Virus record (IMG/VR): IMGVR_UViG_3300031087_000009 | Coordinates: 1 to 37,132 of that record | Direction: 5' to 3' (one strand) | Length of the DNA: 37,132 nucleotides | Origin: a virus | Shown: positions 16,421 through 28,958 of the stretch, piece after piece | Layout of the letters: the number at the start of each line of letters is the position of its first letter | How positions within the stretch are numbered: the stretch's first letter is position 1 | Notes under the pieces: model-generated | What the model was told of the DNA's origin: nothing | The model's input: only the letters and a program-made list of their open reading frames with translations | The model's database searches: none | Program-made: the position numbers and the translations under genes

Positions 16421-17306
16421 ATGGCTTATACAACAATTGATAGCGTATTTGTGCGCCAATATGCAGATACTTATACAGTACTTTGCGAACAGAAAGACTC
16501 TAAACTTTTATCAACTATTACTAATGAAGGAGAAATAAACCGGATCTAGTTTCACAGTAAATGAGATGACAGGATTTGGTGACTTACAAACTCCTACTCG
16601 TTTTGGTGATACTCAATACAACGAAGTGGATTTTGCATCACGTTTAGCTACGATGAGCAACTATAGCAACTTCACTCATATTGCTCCACAAGACTTACCT
16701 AAGCTTAAAGCTCATCCACAAGATGAAATGATTCAGCGCTTAGTATCAGCTCGTAACCGTAAGATTGATAGCATCATCTACAATGGTTTAATTGGTACAG
16801 CTCAACGTAAAACTACGGAAGCAGATACATTCACAGCAGTAGCATTACCAGCAGAACAACAAATCGGGACTTCAGCAGCTCCTGTAGCATTCAGTAAGCA
16901 ATTACTTATCGACATTCGTACTAAGTTTATGGAAAACGAAGTACCAGATGATGAAGAGATCATTGTGACTTATAACAGTGACATGTTGAATATGATCTTA
17001 GCTGACTCTACTTTAACTTCAGCAGACTACTTACAAGGTCAGATGTTGCAGCGTGGTGAGATCAATACTTTCTTAGGTTTTAAATGGGTTCCATACCAAA
17101 AGATCAAAGCTACTCCAGCTTCAACTTATGCTACAGGTGTTGCTTATACTTCTAAAGCATTGAAGTTTGGTAGTGCATCTATTTCACCTCTTAAAGTAGT
17201 AGAGCGTGAAGATAAAAACCGTACTATCTCAATTGGTCACATCGATTCTTATGGTGCAGTACGTACAGATGAGAAACGTGTACTAGCATTTACTTTTACT
17301 GTTTAA
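16421..17306 (+). CDS. major capsid protein (about 294 aa), needs +1 at CGG 16541
   Basis: The ORF from ATG 16421 stops 2 codons after the CGG. The +1 frame continues into 16566..17306. Position and size fit a capsid, and a strong hairpin lies downstream. Confidence 0.7.
16541..16543 (+). other. in-frame CGG, +1 recoding site (aac CGG atc -> N G S), capsid
   Basis: The 0-frame stops 2 codons later. Confidence 0.85.
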
Positions 17307-17345
17307 TTTAATTCTAATAATAGAACTAATATAAAACCTAACAAT

Positions 17346-17381
17346 AAATGCTCTTTTACTTCTTATAGTAGAAGAGCATTT
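17346..17381 (+). terminator. 15-bp stem hairpin downstream of the capsid gene
   Basis: aaatgctcttttact / agtagaagagcattt with a 6-nt loop. Confidence 0.5.
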
Positions 17382-17409
17382 CAATTAATAATAATTCTAA
17401 AGGCATCCA

Positions 17410-17968
17410 ATGACAGATAAAGTAAACATAGTTAATAATGCACTATCATTAATTGGTGCTTCTTCCATTACCAGCTTTGAAGAGAATACAGCGAATGCTA
17501 GACGTGTAAAGACGATCTATGACACATCACGTAAAGCTCTTTTAAGGCTTCATCCTTTTCAGTGCTCTATCAAGAGAATCAAACTATCACCTTTAGCTGA
17601 AGTTCCTGTATTTGGCTATTCATACCAATATCAACTACCCGATGATCTTATACGCATCATCAATGCTAATACTGAAGATTATGCTGTAGAGACAGATAAG
17701 CTTTTATCAAATAGTAATGTACTCAACCTTGTCTATGTTTTCGATAACCGGGAATGAAGAGACATATGATTCATTATTTGCTGAATGCTTAGTTTTATAC
17801 CTTGCTTACAAGCTGGGTAAATCAGTAACAGGTTCTCAAGGTACATCAGATGGGTATTACCAACAGGTACAGGCACTCATTCAACAAGCTAAGGCAGTAC
17901 AAGCACAAGAAACACCTTCTCAACTCTTTGGATCAGACCAAGACTACACTCTAACTAACAGGTATTAA
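17410..17968 (+). CDS. virion protein (head-tail adaptor-like, about 185 aa), needs +1 at CGG 17749
   Basis: 17410..17757 and 17717..17968 join at aac-CGG-gaa. Confidence 0.5.
17749..17751 (+). other. in-frame CGG, +1 recoding site (aac CGG gaa -> N G N)
   Basis: The 0-frame stops 2 codons later. Confidence 0.8.
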
Positions 17969-17971
17969 TTG

Positions 17972-20058
17972 ATGGCAAGACTAAACATAATTAAGAATAA
18001 TTTTACAAGCCGGAGAACTTAGCCCATTAATACTTTTACGTACTGAGCTTAATCAATATAGGAATGGCTGTAAGAGAGTAGAGAACATGCTACCGATCAT
18101 TGAACGGTGGTATTAAAAAGCGTGGTGGTACTTCTTTAGTTAAAGCAGTAGCAGGGGCAGTTAGACTCATTCCTTTTGTAGTGAGCCATAGAGACACATA
18201 CATTCTTGTATTCAAGCCTAACTCTATTGATGTAATTAATAGTGAAGGTGTTAGGGTAACTACTATTGCAACTACCTATAGTTCTATTCAAATTAAAGAA
18301 TTAACCTATTGTCAATCACGTTATAACTTATGGTTGGCTCATGGTGATAAGCCTTTATCATGGTTGAGATGTTCTGAAGACTTTACGAATTGGGACTTCT
18401 CATCCTTTATTTACTCTATCCCTCCATTAGAAGAAATAAGCAACTATCCAGTTGTTTTGAATATGTCAGAGGAGATTAAAGACGTAGGTAAAGTGACCAC
18501 ATTGGAAGCACAAGCCTATGAAACTTACTTAGCAACCAAGCAATACTATGTAGATGATATTGTGAAAAGTGGTACGAGTTACTATAAGTGTCTTGTTGAT
18601 CATATTAATCAACCATTATCAGATCCTACCTATTGGGCATTGATTACAGTTGAAGAAGCGAATGTATTTAGTGCTTCATCGGTCGGTAAGTTTGTTTTTG
18701 CTAATGGTGGTATTGTTCGTATTGATACTTATCTATCTGCAACAAGAGTAGAAGGTGAGATCATTAAGAAGCTCACATCAACGATTGAAGTTGTAGCTAG
18801 AGCATGGCAAATCAAAGAGAACATATTTACAGCCAGTCTTGGTTATCCTCGTACTGTTTCTTACTATCAGCAACGATTAGTTTTAGGGGGGACAAAGAAG
18901 TACCCAAACTATATTTGGTTTTCTCGCACAGCAGATTTCACAAATTTCCTTCCTACTACAGAAGATGGTGATTCATTCACTTTAGCAGCAGCTTCAGACA
19001 GTTTAACAAACGTTCTTCATCTAAGTCAGAGCAGGGGAGTGGTTGTTCATACTGGAGGTGCAGAGTTATTAATTAAATCTACTGGAGCCTTAACTCCTAC
19101 ATCAGCAGAGATACAAGAACATACTTCTTATGGAACGATTGAAAGTATCAAGCCAGTTAAAGTAGGAACAGAGCTAATCTTCATTCAACGTGGATCAAGA
19201 GTAAGAACATTAGCCTATGATTACTCAGTTGATGGTTTAGTCTCTAATGAGCTTTCAGTTCTTGCTTCCCACATTATTAAAGATCATGGTGGACTCAAGG
19301 ATATGGTTTATGCTCAAGATCCTGATTCAATTATCTGGTTTACATTAGGTGATGGAACGTTAGCTACCTTAACTCTTAATCGTGAGCAGTCAGTAACAGC
19401 TTGGGCTAGACATGATGTAGGTGGTGAAGTGATTAGTCTTACAACGCTTCCAAGTACAACAGGTTCAGACAGAGTTTACTTACTCGTAAATCGTAATGGT
19501 TCACTTCAGATTGAAGAGATTAAAGAAGAGCTATTACTTGATACAGCTAAGTTGGTAAACGTCTCACACAGCACTACATGCACTGTCACAGATAGTCTAA
19601 TTGGTGTACTAGGGGACAAGGTACAGGCTTACTTTAAAGATGGAAATACAGTATTTGAAGTACCTATTTTAAGTAGAGCCGGGAACACCTTAACCATTAG
19701 TTGTGATTCCTCTATTAATCAAATTTACATTGGTAGAGCATTCACTTCAGCTATATCTCTATTACCTACAGACTTTCAACAAATACCGGGAACAACTTTT
19801 CCAAGCTTAATTAAAGTTGATCACATCACTCTTGCTCTAAAAGACTCTATTGCTCCAGTTGTGAACGGAGATCGAGTAGAAACAAATACTTTTGATATGA
19901 ATCTTATGCTTCCTCCTCAACTCTATACAGGGATGAAACGTATTGCTATGAATGGGTGGACTAGCTTTGAAGAGTTTGAAATCACAATAGAACAAGATAG
20001 ACCACTACCATTACAGATCATTGCTTGTGTACTAGAACAAAGCGTTAACGATAGATAA
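17972..20058 (+). CDS. large virion structural protein (tail-tubular/stabilisation-protein-like, about 694 aa), needs +1 at CGG 18011 and CGG 18105
   Basis: MARLNIIKNNFTS-G-ELSPLILLRTELNQY...MLPIIE-G-GIKKRGGTSL then continues into 18100..20058. Confidence 0.6.
18011..18013 (+). other. in-frame CGG, +1 recoding site (agc CGG aga -> S G E)
   Basis: Restores NFTSGELSP. Confidence 0.85.
18105..18107 (+). other. in-frame CGG, +1 recoding site (gaa CGG tgg -> E G G)
   Basis: The 0-frame stops 3 codons later. Confidence 0.85.
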
Positions 20059-20066
20059 GAATAATT

Positions 20067-20523
20067 ATGTTTAATATTAGAGTAGCAACAGAAGACGATA
20101 TACCAACAATAGCAAAATTAGCTTTTGAGTTTTGGCAAGAGTCACCTACATACAGTTTAAGACCTTTCAATATAGATAGAGTGATTACACATCTTACTAA
20201 GCTTATGCATGGTGATGGTGGTTGTCTCTTTGTCTGTACCTTAGATGAGCAGATCATTGGTGGTTTTGCTGGTGGTATTCAATCTGAATGGCAGTCACGG
20301 AACATTGATGGCATTTGATTACTGTATCTTTGTCATTCCTGAATATAGAGGTAGTAGAGCAGCTTACTTACTTATCAATACTTTTATAATATGGGCTAAG
20401 AGTATGGGTTGTCTTTATATTCAATGTGGAACAGCTACAGGTATAGAAACAGAAAAGACAATCAATTTTTATCAGAAGATGGGCTTTCAACATACAGGCT
20501 CATTCTTAGAAATGCAGTTATAA
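20067..20523 (+). CDS. GNAT-family N-acetyltransferase (about 151 aa), needs +1 at CGG 20298
   Basis: VIPEYRGSRAAYLLI...FYQKMGF is GNAT motif A/B-like. The two pieces join at tca-CGG-aac. Confidence 0.7.
20298..20300 (+). other. in-frame CGG, +1 recoding site (tca CGG aac -> S G T), GNAT
   Basis: Joins the two GNAT halves. Confidence 0.85.
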
Positions 20524-20549
20524 CAATAATAAAACAAGAGGTAATAATT

Positions 20550-21042
20550 ATGGCAGCAGCTCGGAGCAGCCGCAGCGGCTTATTGGGTGGCGACTGCAAT
20601 GGCGGTGGCAGCATCAGCATATTCAGCCTATAACAGTCATCAGGCAGCTAAAGCTAGTGCAGAACAATCTAATGAGAATGCTAAACAAGCAGAAAGTGCA
20701 GGAAGGGTAGAAGCTGAACGTGTTAGAGAACTAGGTAGACGACAAGCTTCAGCAGCTAAAGCACAAATGGCTAGTAATGGTTTAGACATCAATGCACCTA
20801 ATACAGTTTCAGATGTAATTCAAAATGACATTATTTCCAATGCTTCAAAAGATGCATCAATGGTGCAATACAATGCAAATAGTTCAGCAACACAAAGTAG
20901 GGCAGATGCTTCTAACTTCAATAAGCAAGCTAATCAGATTGCAGTGGGTGGAGCTTTAAATACAGCATCAACAGCTCTTAATGGTTATTCTCAAGGTAAG
21001 CTCAAATCTGAAATACCTAAGAGTCAAGGAGGCTGGGCTTAA
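20550..21042 (+). CDS. small internal virion protein with hydrophobic Ala-rich N-terminus (about 163 aa), needs +1 at CGG 20562
   Basis: SD aagagg before ATG 20550. MAAA-G-AAAAAYWVATAMAVAASAY... Confidence 0.55.
20562..20564 (+). other. in-frame CGG, +1 recoding site (gct CGG agc -> A G A)
   Basis: Fifth codon of the gene. Confidence 0.75.
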
Positions 21043-23061
21043 TGGCTAGAATCCCTTTAGGTAACTTTGGTAATGTCATGCCACAAGCAACTCAAGGTAG
21101 AGTTATAGATACTGGTGGGCAATATGTGGCTCAAGCTGTATCTAATCTTGGTCAAGCTATTAATAACTATGGTGAAGTAAAGAATAAGCTACAAGATCAA
21201 GAAGATGCGCATCAATACAACTTAGAAGTACCTAGATATAAAGCTGAAGTAGAAGAGACATATAAAGCAATCAATCAAGATGTAGCTACAGGCGTTCTTA
21301 CTCCGGATGAAGGAGAAAGGATATGGGGTGAAAAATCAGCTTCAATGATTGAAAGTTATAAGGCTCGTATTCCTCCTTCCCGTACTAAGCAATTTGAAGA
21401 GCTTGGTGCATCTACATATTATGGTGGTGTACCTAATTTGAGAGATACAGGTTTTAAAGTAGGTGTACAGAAACAACAAACTGAAGCAGCTATTAGCGTA
21501 GAAGCAACATTGAAAAACCCTAATAGAGAAGAAGGCTATACTGAAGCTTCTCTTATCGTTAATAATCCTAAACTCGGTTATTCTGAAGCTCAACGTACTG
21601 AAAAGATGTACGAATGGAATAACAAAAGAGACGTTTCAGATGCTAGTGGTGTAATAGATAATGCTGTTAAAGCTAACGATACTAACAGTCTTCAATCAAT
21701 AGCAGACAACATAGATAAAACCTACCCTCCTTTAACTGTAGAGCAACGAGATTCAATTAAAGGGCAGATTGGTACTCATATAACAAGGATTCAAAAGCGG
21801 ATTAGCTGAACAACAAGATAAAGCACTTAAAGAAGCTGAGAACGTAGCCAAAGAGTTTGATAAAGACGCTTTACTAGGTTATCCAATGTCAGCAGATCGA
21901 GTTACTTCTACCTTAGCAGCAGTTAAAGGTACACCGTATGAAACTCAAGTGAGACAATCATTAGAAGCAAATAAAGCAGCTATAGAATTTAGAAAACTTC
22001 CACCTTCTCAACAAGAATCACAAATCAACCAGCTAAAGGCTCAATTAAAAAATACTGACTCAGATGATCCTTCTTCTCTAAAGGCACGTCTTGATATGTT
22101 TCAGACCATTGCTAATGAAGCTAAAGCTTTAGCTACTAGTGATGCAGCATCAGCCTATACACAACGTACAGGTCAATCTTTATATAGAGTTGAAACAAGT
22201 CAGTTAATCAATGGTCAGTTTGATGTGAAGCAAGCTCAATCTTCAGTAGATTCACTTAGAAGACAACAAAAGGAACTTGGCTATGGATCTTTAAATCCAT
22301 TTACTACTACACAGCAAAAGGAAGTCAGAGAGAAGTTTCATGATTCAGACCTTAATACTCAGAAGGTCATAATTCAGAACTTGGCTAAGATAGCTGGTAC
22401 TGATAATGAAGCACGTAAACAGATGTATGACATGATTTATCAAGGTAGAGCTAATGTTTATTCCGGGATTAATCAACTTGCTATTAAAGATGTTCACATT
22501 CCGGGATCTAATATCAAAGCAGCAGATTTAGCTCTTGAAGGGTTACAATTACAGGCTAATGGTGTAGATAAAACACTAGCTCCTTCTATAGATTCTTTCA
22601 AAACTAAGTTAGCTGAAGAAGCCGGGAATGCTTTACAGGTAGGTACTCCTGAGTTTGAAGCCTATGCTAATTTAATCTATTCAACGTATGTAGCTTATGT
22701 GAAGCGTACAGGTGTTCAACTTGATGATAAGGGTAAGCCTAGATTAGATGAACGAGCCTATCAACAATCACAGTCTCTTATTACTGGTGGTTACTATAAA
22801 CAGAAGGTTGGCAGTGTTTCTAATACTGTTCCTGTCCCTTATGGTATGGGTCCTACAGAGTTTGGAGATAAGGTAGAAGAACAAGTTGTAGGTGGTTATT
22901 ACCATGATACAGGGGTAAGGATTCCTAGAGGATTTATGAATACTCATGCTCTTAGAAAAATACCGGTTACTTCAAATCAATATATGTTTATAGGTCCAGA
23001 TGGTAAGCCACACATCAATCCAAGAACAAAGAAACCATACATAAAAGCAATAACAAAGTAA
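21042..23061 (+). CDS. internal virion/ejection protein (about 672 aa), needs +1 at CGG 21798
   Basis: 21042..21809 and 21886..23061 join at aag-CGG-att, and the +1 frame is open between them. Confidence 0.6.
21798..21800 (+). other. in-frame CGG, +1 recoding site (aag CGG att -> K G L)
   Basis: The 0-frame stops 3 codons later. Confidence 0.85.
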
Positions 23062-23070
23062 GGATAGCTA

Positions 23071-25435
23071 ATGGGTATTTTAGATGGTCAATTGACAGAA
23101 CAAGACAATGAATTAAATCAATCGAACGCTACTAAAACTAAGCCATATAAACCTACACTAGCAGTAGATTTAGCATCTAGTCTTATCTATGGAACTGAGA
23201 AGGGCTTAATGAATACTCTTAGTGCTGGTTTACGTCCTTTCGTTGGTGATGAAGCAGCAGATAAGGGATTAGCTAACATTGATCGACAGCTTAAACCAGC
23301 TAAACAAGGTCAAGCTGGTAAGCTCGTTTCAGGAATAGCTGAGGTTGTAGTTCCAGCAGCACTAACAGCGCCTGTTCGGTGGCACAGTAGGAGCAGCAGC
23401 TTCAGTTGGATTATCTACAAGAGCTTCAGAACATACTAAACTTACTCAAGATTATGGTGTAAGTAGTGATGATGCTGATCTAGCTTCTAATATCTATGGT
23501 GCTTCTAATGCTGTTTTAGCATTTATGCCTATGGCTAATGTATACCGTAACGTCATTAAAGATTATGCAGTTACAGTAGTTGGTACTACAGCAGCAGCTC
23601 AAGCTTCAGTATATGGTGAAGGTATTGCTTTAGAAGCAAAAGGTTATGATGAGGTAGCAGATCAGTACTATGGATTCTCAACCGATCCTACATCTATTGC
23701 TACTAACTTAGCTATTGCTTCTATCTTCCATGTTGGCTCTCGATATGCACAGAGTAAATCTAATCCGGGTGTAGATTACTCAACAGTTAAACAAGAGCAA
23801 GATGCTTTCACTGATACAGTAGATGATGTACAAGCTGAAGCTGATAAAGGAAGTATCTTAACCACACCAGAGAGTTTTAGCGACACTGCACAACATGTAG
23901 ACAATATTAATAAGGCTGGTAAACAAATTGCTGAAGGGCAGTCTGTGAAGGTTACTCCAACTCAAGGTACACCAAAGCCTGTACAAACTACTTTAGATGT
24001 CTTTAAAGGTGTTGGTACTTCTAAGGCTGTGTATGATGCTGCTAAAGCTAATGGCTTTTCTGATAGTGATGCTCGATATATAGTAGCTTTAGCTCACTTT
24101 GAATCTATGGGGACATTTAGCCCTACTATTAAAAATAAACATACTTCAGCTACAGGTGTATTTCAGTTTATTGATGATACTTGGAAGCTTGAAGGTGGAA
24201 CGACCACTAACCGATATAGCCTAAGTAAGCAAATAGAACTAGGTATTAAACACACTAAAAACAACATTACATTTATAGAAGAGAGAACAGGAGTAACACT
24301 GAAAGGTTCTCAAATCTATTTACCTCACTTATTAGGTCGTGGTGGTGCATTAGAGGTTTTTAAAGCTCTCAAGGATAACCCTAATCAATCTGCTAGAGAT
24401 GTTATTGCTCGATTCAGTGATAATCCCGATAAGCTCATGCGTATCAATAACATTAAGCCTAATGCAACCATATCAGAAGCTATTAACGGCTTTACCTCAA
24501 AGATTGATGATTTAGCTCAAAACAAATATGGAGCTATGAAAGGCTCTACAGACGAATCTACTATTGCAACTACAGAAACAACTGTAAATAGTTCTATTGA
24601 TGCTCCTAAACCTATTGTAGTGCCTAAAGCAGATGTATTTACCCTTGAAGATAGAGATAGTGCTGCTTTAGATACAATGAAAACAGGTAAGCCAATTTTA
24701 GATAATCATGATATTCAAGCATTAGAACCAAAACATAGTGAAGATCCTTTTTCAGACATGCTGATATTAGAAGACTCTAGTGAGTTTGGAATGATTAAAA
24801 GTGACTTCAAATTTAAGCCTTCAGATGATGTAGAAATTGATATAAATACAATGGTAGAGAAGATTGTAAAATCTATTGAAACTACCTCTATTCCACATGC
24901 TCATCAAAGTGTAAGAGTTAAAGGGGATAAGGAAACAGCAGTAGACTTACAACCAGATCCTTCTATTACAGGTGAATGGGCAATGACTCCTAGAGAATGG
25001 AGTAAGAAGAGCCAAGAAGAATTTAATCATAGAGCTTATACAGACAAAGACGGTCATACAGTACAAGAGCTTAAATCAGACTCTCTATATGTTAGACGTA
25101 CTGTAGACAGCAATAACAAGACTGTCTCTATTCAAGCTGCTCGTAAAGGTAAAACAGATGGTTCTAACCTGAAGGGAAATAAACCACTAGAAACTGCTTT
25201 AGATCGTATTTTTAGTCCTGAACGTAACTATGGTTATTTATCACAAGTTCCAAAAGGGAAGGAGACTATAGATAAGCTGTCCTCTAACCCTGACATGATT
25301 ATTACTTCTAAAGCTACAGGTGAAGACCTTACAGCTTCTCAATGGCAAACAAAGCTAAATCAAGAACAAAACAACATACAACTATTAACTAAGGCAATGA
25401 GTACATTAGCTAAGTGTGCTTTAAAAGGGGCGTAA
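23071..25435 (+). CDS. internal virion protein with lytic transglycosylase (SLT) domain (about 787 aa), needs +1 at CGG 23377
   Basis: ALAHFESMGTF...ATGVFQFIDDTW is an SLT-like catalytic region. The pieces join at gtt-CGG-tgg. Confidence 0.65.
23377..23379 (+). other. in-frame CGG, +1 recoding site (gtt CGG tgg -> V G G)
   Basis: The +1 frame is open through to 25435. Confidence 0.85.
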
Positions 25436-28001
25436 TGAAAGATCAATGTAGAGCAGCAGTAGAAGCTGAATTAGGAAGAAAATTATCAGATAAGGAAGCA
25501 GATCTATTAGAACAAGCCTTTCAAAAGGCTAAACGTGAAGTTCCGGGTGAAGACATCAAAGCATGGAAGTCTATGAGTGATGAAGAACGAGCTGAAGCTA
25601 TTGCTGATCGTGCTATTCAAGACTATACAGAGCAACACGTATTCAATGTCACTACTTTGGTTAATGATTTAGAGATACGTTCAAACCTTGCTAGAGAGCT
25701 TACTTCACATCCTTCTCTTAACCCATTAGAAGCCTTACACAGAAAGCTTGTCATGCATACAGACCAAAGCCGGTATTCAATCTGTTGAACATGTTATTAC
25801 TGCTGTTGAATCTCGTTACTTTGCTAAAGTTGCAGATGTATTTTCAAAGACTCAAAAAAGCTTAGGCTATTTCATTGATGACCTAAAAGTGAAATCACTT
25901 GTTAAGGAAATCTTCGGTGATAAAAGCGGTGATGCTGAAGTAGCTACTTTGGCTCAATCTGTAAAAGATACTTTAGAAGAGCTTCGTCTTCACTTTAATA
26001 GGTATGGTGGTAACATCAAGAAGCTTTCTAATTGGGGGCTTCCTCAATCCCACAGTCATTATAAAGTGATTAGTAAAGGTAGACAGGCTTGGATTGATTT
26101 CACTCTTCCTCTTATTGATCGTGGACGTTATAGAAAGGATGATGGCTCTTTAATGTCTGAAGCTGAAGTGAAAAATATTCTTTCTTCAGTCTACGATACA
26201 ATCAGTTCAGAAGGTCATAATAAACCTGAAGTTCAATATAGAGCTGTAGAAGGACTTACTGATCTACCTGTTGGCATGAACATGCAAGCTCTACATCAAT
26301 ACAGCCGTGAGGTTCACTTTAAAGATGGTGAATCATGGTTGAAATACCAAGAATACTTTGGAGAGCTGAATTTTCATGATCTTCTCTCTAACCATATAAG
26401 AAGATTGTCTACTGAAATAGGGCTAATGCAGACCTTTGGAAGTAACCCGGAGAAGATGGTAAAGCAGCTTGGCCATGACTTATTTAATCAAGCTATGCAA
26501 GATGCTAAGTACAGTGGTCAACATACTAAACTCAAAAAACAATATCAGTATGTCGGTCGCTACTATGATGAGTTAGCTAGACAAGCTGCTCCTATTGATT
26601 CTGCACTTGCTCAAGTAGGTAGTATTGCTCGTTCATGGACAGTTGCTACTAAAATGGGTAGTGCAACGATTACAGCTCTTGGCGATTTTGCCACAATGAA
26701 ACTTGCTTCAGAAATGCATGGATTAGCCTTTACAGACTTACTAGGAAAAGAGGTACAACTATTATCTGATAAAGATCACAGAGACTTTGCTATTTCTATT
26801 GGTTTAGGTGTACGTGAGATGACTAACGCTTTAGTACGTTTCCGGGGATGACGACATTGCTTCAGCTTCAACTAAACTTAATCAAACAGCCACTAAAACA
26901 AGAGCTATCGCTAATGCTGTTATTCGTTCAACCGGGTTAAATCATCTTACAGCTTCTAATAAGAGAGCCTTTGGGTCTGCTCTTATGCATCATGTATCAG
27001 ACCTTAATTCTAAGAAAGCTTGGACTGAATTAGGCGATAAAGATAAACGTATGTTAGAAGGTGGTGGTATTAAAGAAGATGACTGGACTATTCTTCAACA
27101 AGTTGATCGTACAGAAGCTTTAGGTGGTGAACGTTTAATTACTAATAAGGACATTTTTAATATTCCTGATGATCAGATCCTTCAGCATCATTCATTTAAT
27201 CCTGATGGCTTTACACCAGCTCAATTAGCAGATGAAGCCTTTAAACTAAAAGAACAACTTGCTAATAAATACATGAATTACATCTATACAGAGACGAATG
27301 CAGCGGTATTAGAAGTAGGTGCAAGAGAAACCTCTTTAATGTCTATTGGAACTGAAAAGGGAACTATAGGTAATGAGCTATTACGCTTCTTTTGGCAATT
27401 TAAACAGTTCCCTTTCGCTATGCTCACTCGTATGTGGTACAGGGGAATGGCTCAAGGTACACCACAAGCTAAGTTTATCTATCTAGCTAAGTTGTTCGCC
27501 TACACTACATTAATGGGTGGAATTGTAGCTCAGATCCAAAACATTACTAAAGGACAAGATTTAGATGATCCTACAACTATGGACTTCTTCCTTAAATCTA
27601 TTGTTAAAGGTGGAAGTGCTTCATTCTTAGCAGATGCAGTGAGTGCTACAGCAGATCCAACTGATAGAAGTTTTAAGGATTGGATCATACCAGCAGCATT
27701 TAAAGATGTAGGTAATGTAGCAACTATGGTGAGTGGTGCTGGACAACATTATTTAGATGAGCGTGAATCATCTTATGGAGCTGAAGCCGTTAATACTATT
27801 AAGAACAACACTCCATTTCAAAATGTTTGGTATACAAGACTTGTATTTGATCGTATCGTGATAGCAGAGCTACAGGACATGTTTGATGAAGGTTACAGGG
27901 ACCGAAAACAGTACAGACTAGAGACTCAACACAATCAAGGCTTTTGGTGGGATCTTGATAATGAAAGTATTGAAATTCCAAAAATTAACTCCACTAATTA
28001 A
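25435..28001 (+). CDS. large internal virion/ejection protein (about 854 aa), needs +1 at CGG 25771 and CGG 26843
   Basis: ATG 25435 overlaps the preceding TAA. Three ORF pieces join at agc-CGG-tat and ttc-CGG-gga. Confidence 0.6.
25771..25773 (+). other. in-frame CGG, +1 recoding site (agc CGG tat -> S G I)
   Basis: The 0-frame stops 5 codons later. Confidence 0.85.
26843..26845 (+). other. in-frame CGG, +1 recoding site (ttc CGG gga -> F G D)
   Basis: The 0-frame stops 2 codons later. Confidence 0.85.
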
Positions 28002-28030
28002 ACAAACTTAATAACACAAGAGAAAAGTTT

Positions 28031-28552
28031 ATGACTTCGACAAAGCGTACTAATTTTTATCCAATAAATAAGAATGGTTCAATTTCATGGAATGTTTCCT
28101 TAATCGAATTTGAAGAAATTGAGAAATATTCAACGAATCAAATAAAAGTAAAATTCATAAATGAACATCTAGCTGGACAATCCGCACCAAGTATTAAGGA
28201 GGATGTACCAGAGTTCTTTATAATTGATCGTGCTTATAATCGTATTTTGAATGAAGATGGTGAGGAAATTGCCTTAACTTCTATGTTGAAAAGATATCAT
28301 GGCACTCGATATGAAATTGACACTTTCAAATTTCAAGTAAGATTATTAAATAATCAGTGCGTTGAACTTGAAGCACGTGTTAGTAATGAAATCCCAACAT
28401 CTAGTGGTACAAAAATATTTTTAGCTAATGGTTGTGAGCAGCTTTTAGGTGAAAGACTTGAAGCAGACTATATTCTTCTGCAAGACGGAGAAATTATAGT
28501 ACCAAAGTCAAGCGGTGGTAAGGTAATTGGTAAGTTCATTCCAAATGCGTAA
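28031..28552 (+). CDS. accessory (moron) protein of unknown function
   Basis: 173-aa ORF with its own palindromic terminator, inserted between the ejection-protein gene and the terminase genes. Confidence 0.5.
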   Translation: MTSTKRTNFYPINKNGSISWNVSLIEFEEIEKYSTNQIKVKFINEHLAGQSAPSIKEDVPEFFIIDRAYNRILNEDGEEIALTSMLKRYHGTRYEIDTFKFQVRLLNNQCVELEARVSNEIPTSSGTKIFLANGCEQLLGERLEADYILLQDGEIIVPKSSGGKVIGKFIPNA

Positions 28553-28557
28553 GATGA

Positions 28558-28581
28558 GGGCTAGATATATCTAGCCCTTTT
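28558..28581 (+). terminator. intrinsic terminator
   Basis: Palindrome gggctagatatatctagccc followed by tttt. Confidence 0.65.
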
Positions 28582-28621
28582 AATACCCAAAAATAATACA
28601 ACAATAAATGAAACGGTAAAA

Positions 28622-28958
28622 ATGAGTAAAATAGAAGAATACAAGGATGAGTTAGCTCGAATACAAGAGCTTTCCATCCTAGATACAATTGATTTAGTCG
28701 ATCGAGCACATAACACAGATAAAGAGACGAAAGTTCGGGCGTGGTGATGCTTGTTGGCTTTATAAATCAGCTAACCAAACTTTAGCTATAGCAGCTCGTA
28801 TAGAACAACTATTAACAGTTAAACAAACCTCAGATGTATCTACTTCAGAAGAGGAAGATAAACAAAAAGAAGCTGAAGCAGCCAAGATACTAGAACAAGT
28901 AAAACAAGAGTATTCAAAGCGTAAAGGAAGATCAGATGGGTCTACCTCAAAACAATAA
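28622..28958 (+). CDS. putative small terminase subunit (about 111 aa), needs +1 at CGG 28736
   Basis: Lies directly upstream of and overlapping TerL. The pieces join at gtt-CGG-gcg. Confidence 0.45.
28736..28738 (+). other. in-frame CGG, +1 recoding site (gtt CGG gcg -> V G R), TerS
   Basis: The 0-frame stops 3 codons later. Confidence 0.8.

Noticed and set aside
20045-21593. ORFs 20045..20257 (-), 20409..20633 (+) and 21342..21593 (-)
   Set aside because: Two are antisense shadows. 20409..20633 is just the 3' end of the GNAT region read out of frame, plus the frame-0 stub of the 20550 gene before its CGG site.
27799-27981. ORF 27799..27981 (-)
   Set aside because: It is an antisense shadow within the large internal virion protein gene.
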